The notes under the pieces: model-generated
Database searches by the model: none
What the model saw: only the letters and a program-made list of their open reading frames with translations
What the model was told of the DNA's origin: nothing
Made by a program: the position numbers and the translations under genes
NCBI GenBank assembly: GCA_009602735.1
Contig: WELA01001229.1
Span: 61,997-81,996 of the forward strand
Source: Mesotaenium endlicherianum
Taxonomy: Eukaryota
Direction: 5' to 3'
DNA length: 20,000 bases
Part shown: in pieces, positions 16,034 to 20,000 of the stretch
Numbering within the stretch: the first letter of the stretch is position 1
Layout of the letters: every line of letters starts with the position of its first letter

Positions 16034-17512
16034 ATGGTAAGGACAAGGTCTCAAACTAGCAACTCCCGAGACATGGAGAACCAGGATAACGAGAATGTCG
16101 AAAACCAGGCGGAAAGCCATGTAGCGGGAAACCGTACCTATTCGGAAGCAGTAGCGGATACTGCAGCTAGGGAGGCTGCAGATGAGGCAGCTGCTATTGC
16201 CTCAGTCGCAGCTCAGCAAGCTGAGGAGGAGATAGCCAGACTAGAAGCTGAACAAGTAGCAAAGGCCGCTGAAGATATACAAAGGAGGGAAGGACAGCCA
16301 GCTGACGAGCGCACTGTTGAAGAACTTATGGCATCAAGGGCCAATGTTCTGAACCCACCTCCTGCCGTACAACTCAATGTACCCCTAGGTCAAATACGTG
16401 ACCGGCTGAATGCGGCAGGAATTGCTGCTGCAGGAGCAAGAGGGATTGTTGAGGACACTACTCAGCGAGTAGATGCCAATGCTGCTGCTGCATTTGCTAA
16501 TCTACCACCCCAAAATGTAGACTTGGAAGCATTGTTCGTTCAGATGCAGTCGCAAATGGCGACCATGTATCAGTCCCAGCAGGACGACAAAAGAATCATA
16601 ATGTCCCTACTCCGGGACAGAGACCAACTGGGATCTCACACCACTATTGGTGGTGGCTGAGGGCCTAGTAAGCCCAAGCCAAAACCTCCCCGAGACTATG
16701 ATCCTGAGGGAAACAGAAAATATTACCTGATCAAGTTTCTCGCGGATGTTGAGCAGTGGTTGGAGAACTACCCGAAACTGCAAGATTACGAGAAGGTCAG
16801 GCACACCGGTGCGCTACTGAAAGGCAGTGCCGCAGACTGGTGGCTATACTGGAAGGAAGAGCGTAAGGCTCGGCAACTCGGTGACCCTACGTGGGTAGAG
16901 TTTGTCGAGAAGTTGCATGAGAAGTTTGATGTCATCAACCAGCAGGAGAAAGCTATCTATGCGATGATCTCCCTGACACTGAAGCAGACCACTTCAGTTG
17001 CTGAGTTTGCTCAAAAGTTCCAAGAGAACATGATGAAGCAGCCTGATTTGCCAGAACGGTATAGGATAGCATACTTCAGGTATGGCTTGAAATCCGAGGT
17101 CTCTGGTCATTTTGCTGAGAAAAAGTATGAGAAACTGGCTGACTTGATCCAGGATGCTGACGCCTGGGATCAGCAGCAGTTCAATCACAAGCGCCAGAGT
17201 AACGCTTTGGTGTCTAAGATTGTCAAAAAGCCCCACGGTTCCTACAATGCAGTTGAAGGAGACCAGGCTGAGGATAATCAGGGTGATGAATATGAGTATG
17301 AGTACAATGCTATTCAGTCTAGAGGTAGAGGTGGTCCCTCTCGAGGTGGCTATGGAAGGGGTGGTGGTAGGACTAAGCCGAGACCAGCCTCAGCAAAATC
17401 TACTTGCTACCATTGTCAGCAGAAAGGCCACTACAGAGAACAGTGTCCGGTCAAGCACCTGCCTAAGGTCGAGAGAAAAGACCAGCCTTTAAAAGACAGC
17501 AACAGTCAGTAA
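16034..17512 (+). pseudogene. gag: gag with a single in-frame TGA (16658-16660)
   Basis: ORFs 16034-16660 and 16760-17512 share one frame and align end to end with B gag. CCHC knuckle CYHCQQKGHYREQC. Confidence 0.92.
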
Positions 17513-17529
17513 TCCAGTCTACTGACTGT
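17488..17529 (+). promoter_or_regulatory. Putative -1 ribosomal frameshift signal (T TTA AAA, 7-nt spacer, 10-bp hairpin)
   Basis: Heptamer at 17488-17494 in gag phase. Stem ACAGTCAGTA (17502-17511) with TACTGACTGT (17520-17529). Confidence 0.75.
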
Positions 17530-20000
17530 GAGGATGCTAGAGATAGTGAGTCGTCACTAGCTGCCCTCGTAGCAGGTATTATGGGTCCTGCTGAACTGGA
17601 TTCACTATGCATGCCTGACAACCAGATAAAGGAGACCATCAGCAATATAGACGTCCAGAGAGTGCACACTCTGGATGCTCTTGTTCCACCTGATGTCCAA
17701 CATTTCTTTGCTACGTCAGGAGAACAATGCGAAAGTCAGGAAAAGACAGTCCCCCCTATCCTACTGCATTGCATGATTGCAGGTAGGAAGGTGAGGGCAT
17801 TTGTTGACGGAGGGGCGTCACATACTTTTATCCACAAGGACTTAGTTAAGCGGCTAAGGCTGCCTACTGTCACCCAAGGGAATAGAAAAATATTCCTTGG
17901 AGATGCCTCAAGTATCCCGGGAGGAGTTATAACCAAGCCTATTGAGGTCCAGTTAGGTTCTGGCATTGCAGTTCTAACTGAAACGCTTACATTTGAGGTA
18001 CTCAACACTGGCTTTTATGATCTCGTGCTAGGCAGGTCCTGGCTTAATAGACATCAAGCTGAAGTGTGTTGGAGCAGAGGTACAGTTAAAGTGAGAGGAG
18101 CCAGTGATGGGCAGACTGACTTGGCACCCACCAGTGCTCTTCCTCTTGTCCTGTGTGGATGGCAAATGAAGGAAAAGAAGAGGCTTCCAGAAGGATGCAA
18201 GTTGCTGAATGCAATGGAGTTCGTCAAAAGCTGGAACCAGAAGGAAGACAGAATGTTCTGTCTGCTGCTAAGAGAGGTACCTCCTCAACCTGAAGAAGTG
18301 GTTGAGAAAAAGGTACACCCTCCGGAACACCCTACTGCTGCAAACATTGTTGCTCAGTACACGGATGTGTTTAATATGCCTCCAGGACTACCCCCTAAGC
18401 GGGAAGTAGATCATAGGATTGATTTATTACCTGGTAGCCAGCCACCCTGGCAACGCACGTATGGCTTGTCTTATTTGGAGAGTGAGGAGTTGAAAACACA
18501 GATTGCAGAGCTGGAGGAAAATGGTTACATTTCTCCCAGTAAATCACCGTACGGCGCACCTATCCTATTTGTTAAGAAAAAGGATGGCAGTATGCGGATG
18601 TGTGTGGATTACAGAGCCCTGAACAGAATTACAGTAAAGAACAAGTATGCTTTACCCAGAATCGAGGACTTGCTTGATACCCTGTCTGGCGCTAAGGTGT
18701 TCAGTAAGATAGATCTCAAGAGTGGTTATCATCAAATCAGAATTGCTGAGGGGGATGAACACAAGACTGCTTTCCGCACACGTTATGGACACTATGAGTT
18801 CAACGTGATGCCATTTGGACTGACTAATGCTCCTGCTACCTTTATGGGTGCTATGAATGACATTTTCAGACCTTATTTGGATAAGTTTGTGCAAGTTTTC
18901 CTGGATGATATTTTAATTTTCTCTAAAGATGAAGCTCAGCACACTGAACACTTAAAGAAAGTGCTGGACACTCTGCGGAAAAATCACTTGTATGCTAAAA
19001 TGAGCAAGTGTGATTTCTTTAAGGAAAGTATTGAATTCTTAGGCCACGTTGTCAGTAAAGAGGGCATCAGTGTGGATCCTAAGAAAGTCCAGACCATAAG
19101 GGACTGGCCAGTACCACAGTCTGTCTCTGAAGTTAGATCCTTCCTCGGGTTGGCTAACTACTATAGGAGATTTATTGAGAATTATTCCACAAAGGCCAGT
19201 AAACTGACTGACCTTACTAAGAAAGACATCGGGTATGTGTGGGGGGAAGAGCAGCAGGCTGCCTTCCAGACCCTTAAAGATGCCCTTTGTTCTGCCCCAG
19301 TGCTAGCCGTGTATGACCCCAGCAAACCGGTGCAGGTGGTTACTGATGCCTCTGATTTTGCCATGGGTGCTATTTTGTTGCAGCCTGCTGACAAAACCAC
19401 AAAGGATGGTAAGGTACGGCAGGAGTGGCATCCTGTGTTGTATGAGTCTATGAAATTTAATCCAGCGGAGATTAATTACTCAGTGCATGATAAAGAGCTG
19501 CTAGCTATCATTCATGTACTCAAACAGTGGAGAGCATACTTACATGGTAAAGCTTTTAAGGTGATTACAGATCATCTAGCTCTGACCCACTTTCAGAAGA
19601 AGTCCAAGCTGTCGAGGAGGGAGAACCGCTGGAGCCAGATGCTGGAGCAGTTCCAAGTCCAGATCGACTACAAACCAGGGAAGTTGAATCCTGCTGATGC
19701 ACTCTATAGAAGACCTGACTTGCAAGAAAGGAACTTTAGTCAGCATACTGTAGATAAACTCCTGTGTGCACTCACTTCACTAAAGGTGAAAAAGTCCTTC
19801 CTTGAACAACTTAGGAAAGCCTACCTTTCTGACCCAACATTTGAGCCCAGCCCCACTACTAGTATGTGTCGTGCGTTAGCACTCGGGTATAAGCTCAAGG
19901 GAGGGGTCTGGGTGACTGAAACCACTTCAGGCAGGCTGAAGCTGGTCATTCCTAATAATTTGGAAATAAGGTCTCTCTTACTGAGTCAAGCTCATGACAG
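17488..20000 (+). CDS. pol: Pol polyprotein (PR-RT-RNase H-start of integrase), open to the window end; absent from the ORF track because it has no stop
   Basis: Translated manually with no stop from 17467 to 20000. Motifs [42 protein letters not shown] and SQAHD. Confidence 0.95.

Larger units (their letters stand above)
15244..20000 (+). mobile_element. Ty3/gypsy element, family B copy C, near-intact, continues off the right edge
   Basis: Complete 5' LTR, PBS, gag and open pol, colinear with B. Inserted after TTGGG (15239-15243) of A2. Confidence 0.95.

Noticed and set aside
18895..18915. FLDD/FIDD instead of YxDD as inactivated RT
   Set aside because: F at this position is common in plant chromoviruses, and both catalytic Asp residues are present.

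Overview
Eukaryotic, repeat-only window with no host genes, RNA genes or CRISPR. It is a nest of four Ty3/gypsy chromovirus LTR retrotransposons from two families plus one DNA transposon. Backbone element B (+, 1925-10488) has an open gag and a heavily decayed pol. Family-A copy A1 (-, <1-1924) interrupts B's 5' LTR. A 2101-bp internally deleted piggyBac-like element (5082-7182, TTAA TSD) splits B's RT. Family-A copy A2 (-, 10489-15243) interrupts what appears to be B's 3' LTR. A2 is itself interrupted by a near-intact B-family copy C (+, 15244->20000). All three visible PBSs read TGGTATCGGAGC, a variant of the plant iMet PBS, which suggests a green-lineage host (inference). Most notable points: two independent A insertions beside the same 14-nt motif, a different U3 in B carrying a charged-helix ORF and phased TGACAG motifs, a piggyBac with CACTA-starting ends and an unusual N-terminal domain, and -1 frameshift cassettes in both families. 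All calls come from manual reading; no database searches were run.
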